DNA of 64,000 nucleotides from Gracilinanus agilis (lineage: Eukaryota): assembly GCF_016433145.1 (NCBI RefSeq), contig NC_058134.1:34878957-34942956 (forward strand). Direction: 5' to 3'. This document shows positions 52,111 to 64,000 of the stretch, one piece after another (position 1 is the first letter of the stretch; each line of letters opens with the position of its first letter). The translations under genes and the position numbers were made by a program. The notes below the pieces were generated by a model. The model did not search any database. It saw only the letters and a list, made by a program, of their open reading frames with translations, and was not told the origin of the DNA.

Positions 52111-54079
52111 GCAGGTAGCCTGAGTCATTTTTTAATTTTGGAAGAATTTCTTTCCATCTGGTTCCATACTCTATCTTTGGATTACCTTTTAGAGGTTCCA
52201 TTTTATGAGTGGTAAATCAGTACCACTTCTGACACAAACTGGCTGTGGGACCTGAAACAAGTCCTTTAGACTTTGAGCGATCTAGTCAACACCTGAAGAC
52301 AATAAGCCGCAAAGGAGGTGCCAAGCTGCTAGAGGGTGTTTTCCTCATCCCAGAGTTCCTTATACAGATGAAATCACAGATCTAGCCAGTACTCATCACC
52401 TAAATCATCTCCAGAGAGAGATGGCATATCAAAGTATGTAGGGAGATGCACAGCAGTCAAGAATTACCAGGTTCATTTTTAGCCTCCAATACATACTGGC
52501 TGTGTAACCCTGGTCTAGTCAATTAATCTCATAGGGGTACCTGGCAACTTTCCAACACTATAATTCATAGAAATAGTGTTCTATCTGTGTTGATAAAAAG
52601 CTCCTCTATGTTTCAAGGTGTGGCTATTGCCTTTTTATTAGCAGTTCCCTTAAATGATGAAATCATAGGTAGGGTAGGTCTGCTTCAAATCAGTCCCAAG
52701 GAGATACCAGAAATAATTGGTGAAGGATAGCTTGTGTTGGGAGACAAAGTTGTAAAAGGGAAAGATCAATGACTGGAGCCATAAAAATTGAATTCCCAGT
52801 TGATGCTTTGCCAAGTTCTACCTGTGTGACCTTGGACAAGTCGTTTCATATCTGGAAGCTTAGTTGGGTTCTATATCTGGAAAATGAAGGATTAAACTAT
52901 ATGACCTCTAAGTTATCTTCTAACTGTAGAGATGATGAATAAATGCAGGAAATCTCCCTTTCAACCTCACGAAACAGAAAACATTAATGCTAAAAGGACT
53001 AAGGCAGTCACGAATTTTAACACTGACACTTTCTCTCATTGACTGCCAGTACAGCAAAAAGATCGAGAGGAAAAGAGGGAAGTGGAATTCATTCTACTAA
53101 TCAACACTTTAAGAAAGCCTGATTAATGTGAGGCCTCCTTTTATCAGACTGAGCATCTGAGGCATAAGATAGGCAAATGAGATCTATGATCCAGCTGAGA
53201 ATCTGTATGATGGAGACGAGCAATTGCCATAAGCTCAGACACAGGAGTCTGAGAAGCCAAGAAAATGAATTAGGGATGAATTGCTAAGGATTATTACCCA
53301 GTATGTAGTTATCAATCATGAAGTTTTATTGCTAAAAAAAACTTTGTGACAATCAAGAAAAATTACCAGTGAGTTTTTTCTCTTTCCTTTTAAAAAATAT
53401 TCCCTTGTAAGTCTTAGAAAAAGGTGCCCCAAAGGTATTTGTCAATGTCATAGAGAATATGAAGGGCAGAGTGCCAGCAAAAGGGGGGAATTCCCTAAAG
53501 ATGGTGAAGTTTTTCAGATGATCCTATTTATGGAGGGCTTGTCCTACTTGCATAAAGTCCCAAAGAAAACCTTCTCAATGAGATCCATGATCACTTAACA
53601 GAGTTTGACTTAAGAATTACATAGGAAAATCCAAATGGATGAAGAATATTTATTGTCCAGACCATGACAGGTAGATGGATGGACAACCCATAGTGCTGAT
53701 CCATCCAGCCTTTTTAAGGACCCATTTATCTTTTCATACAAATTAGTAGTCAGCTGTTTGATTTCAGCTGGGTTTTTTTTTTCATAAATTGGTCTATACT
53801 TGTGGACACACTCTAATTCACTAGGTACCAGGGGAGAGAAAACAGAAAGAAAATAATTTCCAATATACAATATTTTAAAATACTCAATCTGTATCCTATC
53901 TCAATTCAATGAAGATACATTAAGCATAGACTCTAAGTTGTTTAATCTCTCAGTGTCTCTAGGTAACTCTCTAAGCTTATAAGTTCTATAAGAATTGCAA
54001 ATCTCCATATGTGAAGCATGTTTCTACACCAGGAGTTCCCTATATTATTAAAGTCACAAGTTTCAACTCTAGAGTCTTT

Positions 54080-55540
54080 CCCTTCTCTAAAAACACAGGG
54101 TAGAGCATTATGCTAAGTGAAGACCAAAATAAAATATTTCTTGATATTCAAGAGTTTATATTTTACAGGGGAAGTGAGGAACCCAATGTGGACACCAATA
54201 AGTGTCACATAAGGAAAACTGGGAGACATTAATAACTGGAGGGCATGGGAGGAAATCAGAAAAAGCACAAATTAGGGAGTATCTGAGATGAGATTTGAAA
54301 CAAAGAAACACATCTGAAATGTGGAGATAAGAAGGATGCAAATTCTAAGTACGAAAAATAATAACTTGTACAAATACCCAGAGGTGGGAGATGGAGAAAC
54401 AAATCTGGGGAATGGCTAATAGTACAGTTCAGCTGGAATGTAGGGTTCATGAAGGTAAGTGATGCAAAATAAAGTGAAAAGGGTATATTCAAATTAGATC
54501 TTGTGAGATTTTTTTTGGTGAGATCTTAAAAGAAGTTGAGGAACTTAATTTTAACCTAAAAGGTGACTTCTAGAAGTCATTTGCCTTTTTAAAAAGTTCT
54601 CATGCTGTTTAGTAATATTTTGATATAATCTGGAAATTTTCTTTACATGTTTACTAGTTTGCTGGTTTGCCAAATATCCATGATGTTACTAAGATGAATA
54701 TTCATGGAATGGAACCCCTTTCTTCCACAATCACTGTCAACAAATATTTATTAAGCACCTACTATATGCCAACCCCTCTGCTAACTAAGCACTGGAGACT
54801 CAAAGGAAGTCAAAAGATCATCCCTGCCTGCAAGGAACTCACAATCTAATGAGAAATGACAACAAGAAAGCAACAAGTGCAAACAAAAATTTATAGGATA
54901 AATTGGAAGTGATCAAGAGTAGGAAGACACTGTAATAATGAGAGGTTGGGAAGGGCTTCTTGTAAAGGTGGGATTTTACCTGCTACTAAAAGGAAACCAG
55001 GGGGCGTTGTGGGGGGCTCAGTGGATTGAGATCCAGGCCCAGAGATGGGGAGGTCCCCAGTTCAAATCTGGCCTCAGTCACTTCCTAGCTGTGTGACTCT
55101 GGGCAGGTCACTTCATCTCCATTGCCTAGCCCTTACCACTATTCTGCCTTAGAACCAATATCCTAGCAATATCCAGTATTGATTCTAAGATGGAAGGTAA
55201 GGGTTTTTTAAAGGAAGCCAGGAAAAGTAGAAAGTAGAAAATAAGGAGTGAAAATATTTCATACATGGGGAAAGTCAGTGAAAATGTCTGGAGTCTGGAG
55301 ATGGTGTATCTTGTTTGAAGATCAGAAAAATCCAGTGGAACTGGATCACAGAGTCCATGGGAGAGGAAATTTTTGAAGACTGGTGAATTCATGGGGTGGG
55401 GACTAAGTCATGAACTGCTTTGAACTTCAAATGGAAAAATTTTATATTTAGTCTTGCAGGTGACAGGGAGCCATTGGAGTTCATTGAGTAAGGGTACAAT
55501 AGTTAGACATGTACTTTAGGAAAATCGCTTTAGATACACA
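54080..55540 (-). mobile_element. L2 fragments with a SINE1 inserted
   Basis: caacaaatatttattaagcacctactatatgcc...ccctgcctgcaaggaactcacaatcta and upstream L2 body. Confidence 0.75.
55001..55212 (+). mobile_element. SINE1_Mdo-like SINE
   Basis: Full match; TSD aaaggaaaccag / aaaggaagccag. Confidence 0.88.
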
Positions 55541-56404
55541 TCAGGAGATACACCTAAGTATTCAAAATATGGAACGAACAGCACTTGAACATAAACATCA
55601 GAGGTGAGATTTGAACTTAGGCTCTCTGAGTCCAGAGTCAGTATTTCTCCTAGAGCCTTTAGCATAGAGCTTTGCATACTTAAATGTTGAGTTGAATTTG
55701 TTGGTTCAAAATGTTGGATTGAAGTTCTCTCAACCTTCTTTTCAGAGATTAGATATAAAGCCCAAAGCATGCAAAGCCCCTCAGAAAGTCAGGCAGTAAT
55801 TGAAAACTATCCTTGATTATTCTTGTTTTGTCTGTTCTACTCAGTAGGATCCATTGTCCTAGCAATATGATTTGAACACACACATGCCCACTCCCTTTCC
55901 CAGGTGTCTCCTAGACAACATACACAAAGGCTCTCTCTTGAGGTTGACCTCAGGCAGGCAGCTGTTTATCTGTTTCTTTTTTTTCCTCACTGGGCACTAC
56001 ATACTACATAAAAATACTGGCATGGTGGGCCTTCTTGAATGATCTTTTGAGCAAAATGTGAAGGGCAAGGTCTTACTGTATCAATATGTGGGTATGAGTC
56101 TGAGCAAAGATGACTTCTTTCTTTTAACATTTTAGAAGCACAGGTGAACTTATTACTTCAAAGAAAATTAATAAGGGATAGAGAATGGACTTGTGATTTC
56201 CTTAACATAGGGAACTCCAAGTGAGGAAATTGTTTCTTTCAATGAAGAGGGACACTTTCCCAACCACATAGCCTTCAAGAGTTGTCTAGAATCCTCGGAG
56301 ATTAAATGACTTGCCTATGGTACGAGAGTGAAAGGAAGTGAACTGAAGTCTTTTTGACTTTATGGCAAGTTCTTCATCTATTATGCTATACTAATCACAT
56401 ATTG

Positions 56405-56580
56405 AAGGGGATGTGGCAAAAATTAGGACACTAATACATTGCTAGTGGAGTTGCAAATTGATCCAACCATTCTGGAAGACAATTTGCAATTATGCCCAAA
56501 GGGCATAATAAAAATAAAAAAGGATTGTATAAAAATATTCATAGCCACACTCTTTGTGGTGGCAAAAAAATTGGAAAAAA
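56405..56580 (+). mobile_element. Short L1 ORF2 3' fragment
   Basis: ggggatgtggcaaaaattaggacactaatacattgctagtggag...tttgtggtggcaaaaaaattgg. Confidence 0.8.
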
Positions 56581-58681
56581 AGTTTTTAAAAAAAGAGAAG
56601 CAATAAAGATGGAAAATAAAAGAAAGATTCTGGGGATTTCATCACCAAATCTGAAATTCTTTCTTTTTGGGTCTTGAAGACCATGTAAAGTGAGTTTTAG
56701 TTGAATGAGAATGAAGACTACTAGATTTAGAGGCAGCAGATCTGGGGGAATAATTCCCAACTTTGTCATTTATTACTAGTGTGTGATTTTTGGGAAGGTA
56801 ATTTAACTTCTTTGGGGTTCAGCATATTCTATGTAAAGTGGGATGGTTGGGCTAGATTAGGGATTCTTAGCCTCTTTTGTTTCCTTTGACAGTCTGAGGA
56901 AAAGTATGGACCTCTTGTCTGAATAATGTTTTTGAGTGCCCAAAATAAGATCTATAGGAAGATGAAGGAAATCAATTATATGAAAAATATTTATTAAAAT
57001 AGGTAAAATTGAACTAGATGCTCTCTCAGTCTTGCCCACTATAACTTAATGAATGATGCAATTTAAGAAAAAGGAGAATAAATAAAGGGATTATTGTTCT
57101 TAAGTGAGCTCTGAAGGACAATGAATAATCTTTTGTTGTAGTGGATCATGTAGGCATACAATCTTTTTTTTTAAATGAGAGAATTCAGTGCTTCATTCAA
57201 TGGCAATACTAGTCTTCTAACTCTGCTTCCCAAAACTAATTCATAGATGAGGCTATTGAGGTCCAGGGAAGCAAAGTGACTATTCATTTGATACACATTT
57301 ATAAAGTGCAGATAGCAAGATGGAGGTCTGGGTGAACACTGGGAAGGGAAATGAAATCTGCTCTGATGATTAGGAGCCTGCTAGGTAGCAGAATAATAGA
57401 TTCATGTCTAGAGCCTGAAGGTATATCAGAAGTCCAACTATACCATTTTATAGATAAAGAAACTGAGGCCCAAGGAAATGTTAAGATTTGCCCAAGATCA
57501 CAAAACTAGGAAACATTAGTGGGATTTGAAGTCAAGTCCTCCGACTCTAGAGTTGGCATTTTTTCCATTACACATTCATTCAGTCACCAATTTATAGTGT
57601 TATTCACTACTGATAATAACTTTATCATATGAGAGCAGGAATAAAAATATCATGAGAGGGTTTTTTGAGGATAGGGATAAAAAATAATAATAAAGAATTA
57701 ATATAACACTGTAAGATTTGCAAAGCACTTCACAAATTTCATCTCATTTGAGCCTCATAATAGTCATGGGAGGGAGTTGATATTATGATACCTTTGCCAT
57801 TGGGTAAACTGAGGCAGCCTGAGTTTAAGCAACTTTCCCAGGGTCACACAGCTAGTAGGTACCTGAGGCTAGATTTGAATTCAGGGATCCTGACTATAGG
57901 TGCAATGCTTAATCAATTGCACTCCTAGCTAATTCTGATCTTATGGTATATTTGAAAGTTATATCTTCATGAAGTATATGCTTCTTGTTCTCATCCAGCC
58001 ATACTGGCTGCCTCTTTAATGAAGGCAAGACATAGGCAGAGAGACCCCAAATACCCTCAATTGATCCCAGTGTTTTTCTCTTTAGTACTGACCATCCTGG
58101 AAGCAGTGGGTTTCATCCTCTTTGGCATAATTGCCCTGACACTGAGCTACCGTATGCCCAGGAGTGTGTTCCATTATGAGCTTCCATGGCTTTCCCTACA
58201 AAGGGACCACCCTGGAGTTGCAACATTACTTACTCCTTTGTAAGCAATGGAAATGACATTACAAGTGTTGTTAATGGTAACAGCTGCTATGCATCTTTCT
58301 GGAGGCATTTAACTGTGACTGTGGGTTATTATGAGTATTTATTTCTCTTCTCTTGCTTTTCCCATATTTAGCCAGTTGATTATGAAATCTACATATCAAC
58401 AGAGAATTGCCTTTTTTTTTTGCTCTGCTGAAGAATTTTCAGCATATGGGCTTTTCTATTAGAGTTACCATATTCTTCAGAAAACTTTTCAATGTAAAGA
58501 TATCCTATATTTTCCTAACCTTGAAGGGGACACGTACTTTAGGATTTCTAAATAGCTCAGAGGAAGATCAGTATGTTCTCAAGAACATTTAGTGGTTCCC
58601 TATTGCCTTTAGGATAAACTACAAAATCCTCAGTTTGGAGTCTCATCCAACAGATCACCCTCTGCCCTCTCCATTCTACCA

Positions 58682-58895
58682 TTTCTTTTTCTTTTTTTTA
58701 GGGTTGTAAAAGATATACATTTTAATTTTTACAAAAAAGAGTGTCACAAAAATCAATTAACAGCCACAAACTACATTCTCCCACATAGCATTCAGTGCTG
58801 GGAAAAACAGAGGATCAGCATATGATCACATTTCTGATTTCCCATCACCAACATTACCCTTTGATTAGCCATTAACTCATTAGTCAAAGTATTTA
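58682..58895 (-). pseudogene. Probable retroposed mRNA 3'-end fragment, parent gene not recognised
   Basis: Minus strand: U-rich UTR-like sequence, ATTAAA at 58726-58721, then a poly(A)-like tract 21 nt later (58699-58682); interrupts an L2. Confidence 0.5.
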
Positions 58896-59081
58896 CCCTT
58901 GACCTTCCAACACTCTCATCTCCTGGATACATTTGGTTCTGCTGTTGCTCCTTGAGGTTTCTACTATTTTCCTATGTCTATCATTTATTTTCAAATTCTC
59001 TTTCTCTCTCTCTCCGCTGGTTCCTTCCTTACTGAATACAAACATGGCCATGTCTTCCCTATCCTCAAAAAAACCAACACT

Positions 59082-59281
59082 GGGGCAGCTGGGTAGCTTA
59101 GTGGATGGAGAGTCAGGCCTAGAGACAGGAGGTCCTAGGTTCAAATCCGGCCTCAGACCCTTCCCAGCTGTGTGACCCTGGGCAAGTCACTTGACCCCCA
59201 TTGCCTACCCTTACCACTCTTCTGCCTTGTAGCCAATACACAATATTGACTCCAAGACGGAAGGTAAGGGTTTAAAAAAAA
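59082..59281 (+). mobile_element. Young SINE1_Mdo copy
   Basis: Near-consensus with CpGs retained; TSD aaaaaaccaacact / aaaagaccaacact. Confidence 0.93.
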
Positions 59282-59769
59282 GACCAACACTCATGTGATA
59301 TTCCTACCCCTACTCTCATCCTATATCTCTTCTGTCCTTTCTGGGTATCCTTTCAGTAGAATGTAAATCCACTGAGTGGTTTTTAATATAAAGGAGTTGT
59401 TGATATAAAAAAATAAATGGAATTTTTCCTTTGGTAGAAGGAAAGGAATCTTTTTTATATGTGTTTCCCCATCACCTAGCATATAACGTGTAATTAATAA
59501 TAAATAAAATCTGGATTGGATTAGATATTAAAATGAGCCCCTTTCCCATCTTTCCTAAATTCCAAAAGAAGGAAAATCAGACCAGCTACAGTATAAGAAT
59601 TTAGAAACAGACCATGAGACTGTAAGATCCTTGAGGACAGTATCTTTTTTTTTTGTCTTTGTATACTTGGCATTTCAGGATTGCTTGCTTGCTTAATTCA
59701 TTGGACTGTAAATAGTAGGTACTGCTTATTGAATTGAAGTAACAGAAGCAAGGATGTAAGGCTATTATT

Positions 59770-59984
59770 TTCTTTCTTTCTTTTTTTTTAAAACCCTTAC
59801 CTTCTGTTTTGGAATCAATACTGTGTATCGGTTCCAAGGCAGAAGAGTGGTAAGGGCTAGGCAATGGGGGTTGAGTGACTTGCCCAGAGTCACACAGCTA
59901 GGAAGTGTCTGAGGTCAGATTTGAACCCAGGACCTCCCATCTCTGGGCCTGGCTCTCAATCTACTGAGCCACCTGGCTGCCCCC
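59770..59984 (-). mobile_element. SINE1_Mdo-like SINE
   Basis: Full match; TSD aaggctattat. Confidence 0.92.
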
Positions 59985-61479
59985 AAGGCTATTATCAAAG
60001 ATGGATCACCTTTAGGCATGACAGCACCACAAACTTTTAGAGTTTGTAAGTTCAGAGTGGATCAATGTATATTTCCCTTGTCACAATGTGTTTTCATGCT
60101 TTCTGTAGGTCTTCTGTGTGTCTTAATGCATTATTTAAAAGGTGAGGGATAACTGCAAATTGAATTAGGTATGAAGGATGGTGCACTAAAGAAATCATAT
60201 TTTTGCCAGGTTGATAAAGTGATTGTGGGGGAGAGAGAGAACTGGCTCCCTCATCATTTTTATCACCTACTGCTCTTTAAATGTATGACAAAATTAAGGG
60301 ATTCATGCAATTTCACTGGGAAAGTGATGATCAAATAGAGAATGACTGTAGGGGAAATGTTTGTTTTTTTTCAAGTGGATTTCAGCTTGGAGTATCTGTC
60401 ACTGGACCATATTTTCAGTTAAACAACAACAACAACAACAGAGAGAATATTAATTTACATCCCCCAACTCTGAAAAGAAAGTACTTCCTTCTCTCAGGAC
60501 ACAAAGGAACGAGCAAGGGAATTTCTTTCCCGAAGAATCATGAACACTAATGCCTTTTTTCAATATTTTTTTTGTTGAGGTCACTAAATGATCTTTAGTC
60601 TGGCAATTTCAGGTGAAGGAAAAGGATTCATCTGTCCTTAGTGGGAATGTAGCACCAAGAAATTTATCAAAGTAGAGGATGCTATGAAATATAATGGAAA
60701 AGAAAATGCACAGGAGTGGCCAAGAGAATGAATTGCTGCTAATTAACCATCTGTGAAGTTTCATGGTTTTCATCCTTCCATATCTCATAGGTCTGTTAGG
60801 AGTAAAAGGATTTATAGCAATTAAAGTATTAAAGGAATAGGAGAAGTTGTTATTTTAGGATTCTTTAGCTGAAGTCAATGTGCTGTTAATGATTAATATT
60901 CCACACCAAGCCCCATTTATATAATTTAACTTCAGGTATAAAGCAAACAGTCAAATCTCAGACATTCAAGGATTAATAATAAAAATTATTGTCTTGGGCT
61001 TCTTGTAGACAAGTTTTTGTACAGTTTAATTGTTTATTATATATTATATTTTCTGCCAGGTGGTACAAAGGATGAGTTCCTGCACCCAGAGTCAGAAAGA
61101 CCTGAGTTAGTAAGTTGAGACTTATCTGCTATGTGACCCTGGGCAAGTCACTTGACCTCTGCCTGCCTCAGTTTCCTCATCTGTAAAGTGAAGATAATAA
61201 TAATAGCACTTGCATCCCAGGGTTGTTGTGAGGCCCAAATGAGATAATATTTATAAAGCAATTGGCAAATTTTAAAGTATCACATAAATGCTATTATTAT
61301 TATTATTATTAGAAAGATAGCTATTCTTAATGGATAACAAGATTGTGTATATTATATTCATCTCAATGCTTTCCTATATATTGTATAGGATGTAGGCATT
61401 CTCATATATATGTATGTATGTATAAAATAGTTTGATTTTCAGTGTATTTGTAATCTTATTAATGTAGATACTGATCCTA

Positions 61480-61620
61480 CTGATATAGCTTATCATCCAT
61501 CCCTGCCTGCTCATCCTGCATGAGTCTCATCCTCATTATCTTGTAAATCCTCCATGGGAATCTACTCCGCATACTGGAAGACCTTCCTCTAGCCCATGGG
61601 TGTCTCCTTACTTTTTTTTT
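61480..61620 (-). mobile_element. RTE LINE 3' end fragment
   Basis: ARGRSSSMRSRFPWRIY...QDEQAGM resembles the marsupial RTE end RGRPPARWVDPLWRIY..AQDEKAWMG. Confidence 0.65.
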
Positions 61621-62247
61621 GTATCGTAGGCTTCTTTTTCTGATGAAATCCATGAATCTCTTTTCAGAATAATACATTTAAATGAATAAGATAAAATATG
61701 TAGGGCCACAAGCAATACTGGATTGTATTGAAATAGCATTGTCAAAATATTCAAAAACCCACAAAACTTCACAACCCCCCACATTAAGAATCCCTGCTCT
61801 ATGTCTCTTGGCATTACATGGATATAGTGAGCAGATAAAAGGGATACTTTGCTTTCATGCAAAGCACCATCTTCCCCACTGTCTTATTCTGGTAATGCTG
61901 GTTTATATAATACTATCCAAGTAGAATTTCTCATTTGCCTCATAAACTTAATAGCTATGTGACTATAGGTAAATTACTTCATCTCTCTTGTTCTCAGTTT
62001 CCTCATCTGTAAAATGGAGATAATCATATCACCTAACTCTTTAGGTTGTTGAGAAGATTAAATGAGGTAAGATATAAAATTCTTTATAAACATTAATTTT
62101 TTAATAAATACTGTTAATTATTATTATTAATTATTGTTATTGTATGACAACTGCTCATGCCTACATCATTTTTTAATGTCCCTTAGGTAACCTTCATCAT
62201 TAATGTTCCATGATTCACAGCCATGCGGCAACAGGCATAGAACATTG

Positions 62248-62445
62248 ATTTTTTTTTTAAACCCTTACCTTCAGTTTTAGAATTCATCCTAGGTTATCAA
62301 TTCTAAGGCAGAAGAGTAATAAGGGCTAGGCAACTGAGGTCAAGTGACTTTGTCAGGGTCACAGAGCAAGGAAAAGTCAAATGTGAACCCAGGACCTCCC
62401 AGCTCCAGACCTGGCTCTCTATCCACTGAACCACCCAGCTGCTCC
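62248..62445 (-). mobile_element. SINE1_Mdo-like SINE
   Basis: Reverse-strand match with poly(T). Confidence 0.85.
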
Positions 62446-62779
62446 TAGGACAGTAATTTTTAAAAATTGGACTTTCAAGGAGAAGCTTGAATTTCTTAAA
62501 GAAATTATTCAATTTCCCCAAGAGAGTCCAAAGTCCACTCATTCAAGACCAGTTTATCCTCCATTTTCAATATCTATCCAAGATCTTATATGCTAGCTCT
62601 ATGGGTTATCCACTCAATTGCATATCATACATGAATAAGACAAATGGTATTTTCATTCACTTTTCATATGTAGACAATTGAGAACAGAATCCAGAATTGA
62701 GTAGAAGGAGGAGGAAACCATGTTGATTGACTACAGTTGAAAATTCAGAACCAATAATACTGCTTTGATGATAATACTG

Positions 62780-63400
62780 CTATGAACCAATTTTAATGGT
62801 GCCAAGAAACTCATTGACATAGAAATTCATTTTATAATAATGCTATATGGCAAAGAATGGTGGGATATCATGAACTCACAAGTGTCAAAATTGTAGGCAA
62901 TCCAGAGAAAAGACACTTGGCTGGTGAAAGCAAGCTCAAGGATAATACCAGGAATGGTGGGTCTGTGAATGGTGTCATATAAAACCTTATAAAGTACTAA
63001 TCTAACTAGAAAAGGATTTGGATCAGCCAAGGAGCCCAAGATGGATAAGCAATAGACAGATGGAGGGTTGCCCTTAAGTATTCAGAGTATTGAGGATATC
63101 TTCTTTGGAAGATATATAGAAGGATACAGAAGGATCACTCAAGAGAAGATCTAGACCAGTGATTCCCAAAGTGGGCACTACCGCCCCCTGGTGGGTGCTG
63201 CAGTGATCCAGAGGACCGGTGATGGCCACAGGTGCATTTATCTTTCCTATTAATTGCTATTAAAATTAAAAAAACATTAATTTCAGGGGGCTAAGTAATA
63301 CTTTTTTCTGGAAAGGGGGCGGTAGGCCAAAAAAGTTTGGGAATCACTGATCTAGAGGGAAGGGCTTTGATCTGCACTAGTGGAGAGACTGTTCAGACTT
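62780..63400 (+). mobile_element. RTE LINE 3' fragment interrupted by a hAT MITE
   Basis: IMLYGKEWWDIMNSQVSKL*AIQR resembles RTE VMLYGCESWNTTISEESKLQVTQR; ends gatctgcactagtggaga. Confidence 0.65.
63157..63349. mobile_element. Non-autonomous hAT MITE, 193 bp
   Basis: 14-bp perfect TIR cagtgattcccaaa; 8-bp TSD atctagac/atctagag. Confidence 0.92.
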
Positions 63401-63849
63401 CTAAGATCATCAAGTCATTGATATATTAATTATTAATAACCATGTAAAACGAGGAAGCTGAACTTAAGCAACCCAGAGATTATGTCTAGCTTTAAATCTG
63501 TGAATCTGTGTAACAGAGGAATAGGTATTGAGAGCAGTGAGGGAAAACTGAAATCAATGGGCATGACCACTTCTTAGAGATGGCAAAAGAGTTATAGGTA
63601 GGCAGTTGAACCTAATGACTAAAATCATGTTCAGGATCCATCAATCCATGAACCCACATGTATTTAACTATGTGCCTTGAGTGTGCAAATAGATGGCTAT
63701 TTGAAATGAGGAAATTCCCAAGGATTAAAAGAATTAAAAATGGAAGGGATCAAAGGGATTGCCTAGTTCATTCCCTCTTTCTACAGATAAGGAAACAGAA
63801 CTATGGAGGGTAAAGAAACAAATCCATGGTCACAAAGATTAGTCTAGTG

Positions 63850-64000
63850 CAGTGATGGGCAAACTATGGCCCACCGGCCATATGCGGCCCCCTGAAATGT
63901 TCTATCTGCCAGGCAACATTATTCCCTATCTGACGAATACATTGAATAGGAGATAATACAATGAAAATTATAAAGACTTGCCTTAGAAACAGACTGACAG
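63850..64000. mobile_element. hAT MITE, same family as 13641-13822, cut by the window edge
   Basis: TIR cagtgatgggcaaact after gtctagtg; interior is the reverse complement of the 13641 copy. Confidence 0.9.

Noticed and set aside
1-64000. CRISPR arrays, rRNA, tRNA, snoRNA or endogenous non-retroviral virus genes
   Set aside because: None seen. tRNA-like A/B boxes all belong to SINE heads. I recognised no filovirus, bornavirus or parvovirus motifs, though only a translated database search can exclude them.

Overview
Marsupial genomic DNA. The repeat content (SINE1_Mdo-like CORE SINEs, L1_Mdo, RTE, OposCharlie1-like MITEs) points to a didelphid opossum such as Monodelphis. The only host protein-coding sequence I can support is the terminal exon of KCNH8 (Kv12.1/ELK1) on the minus strand: CDS 39779->39075, with a clean acceptor and branch point and its 3'UTR running toward lower coordinates. 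I read 39780-64000 as the last intron, because I could not find the preceding exons. Positions 1-37400 are downstream intergenic sequence. Both are dense in L1, L2, L3/CR1, RTE, MIR/SINE, hAT and Tigger MITEs, plus one solo LTR. The most unusual items are: (1) a perfect 42-bp-arm hairpin inserted into an old MIR in the KCNH8 intron (47706-47803); (2) an LTR-less, frameshift-free ERV gag capsid-nucleocapsid module (28972-30045); (3) an apparent internally primed L1 ORF2 insertion with TSDs (46017-46234); (4) a probable retroposed mRNA 3' end carrying a poly(A) signal in the same sense as KCNH8 (58682-58895); (5) miR-219 and miR-9 8mer seed matches in the putative 3'UTR. I see no clear multi-gene novel system. 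Repeat family names come from recognising consensus sequences from memory, and boundaries of old repeats are approximate.
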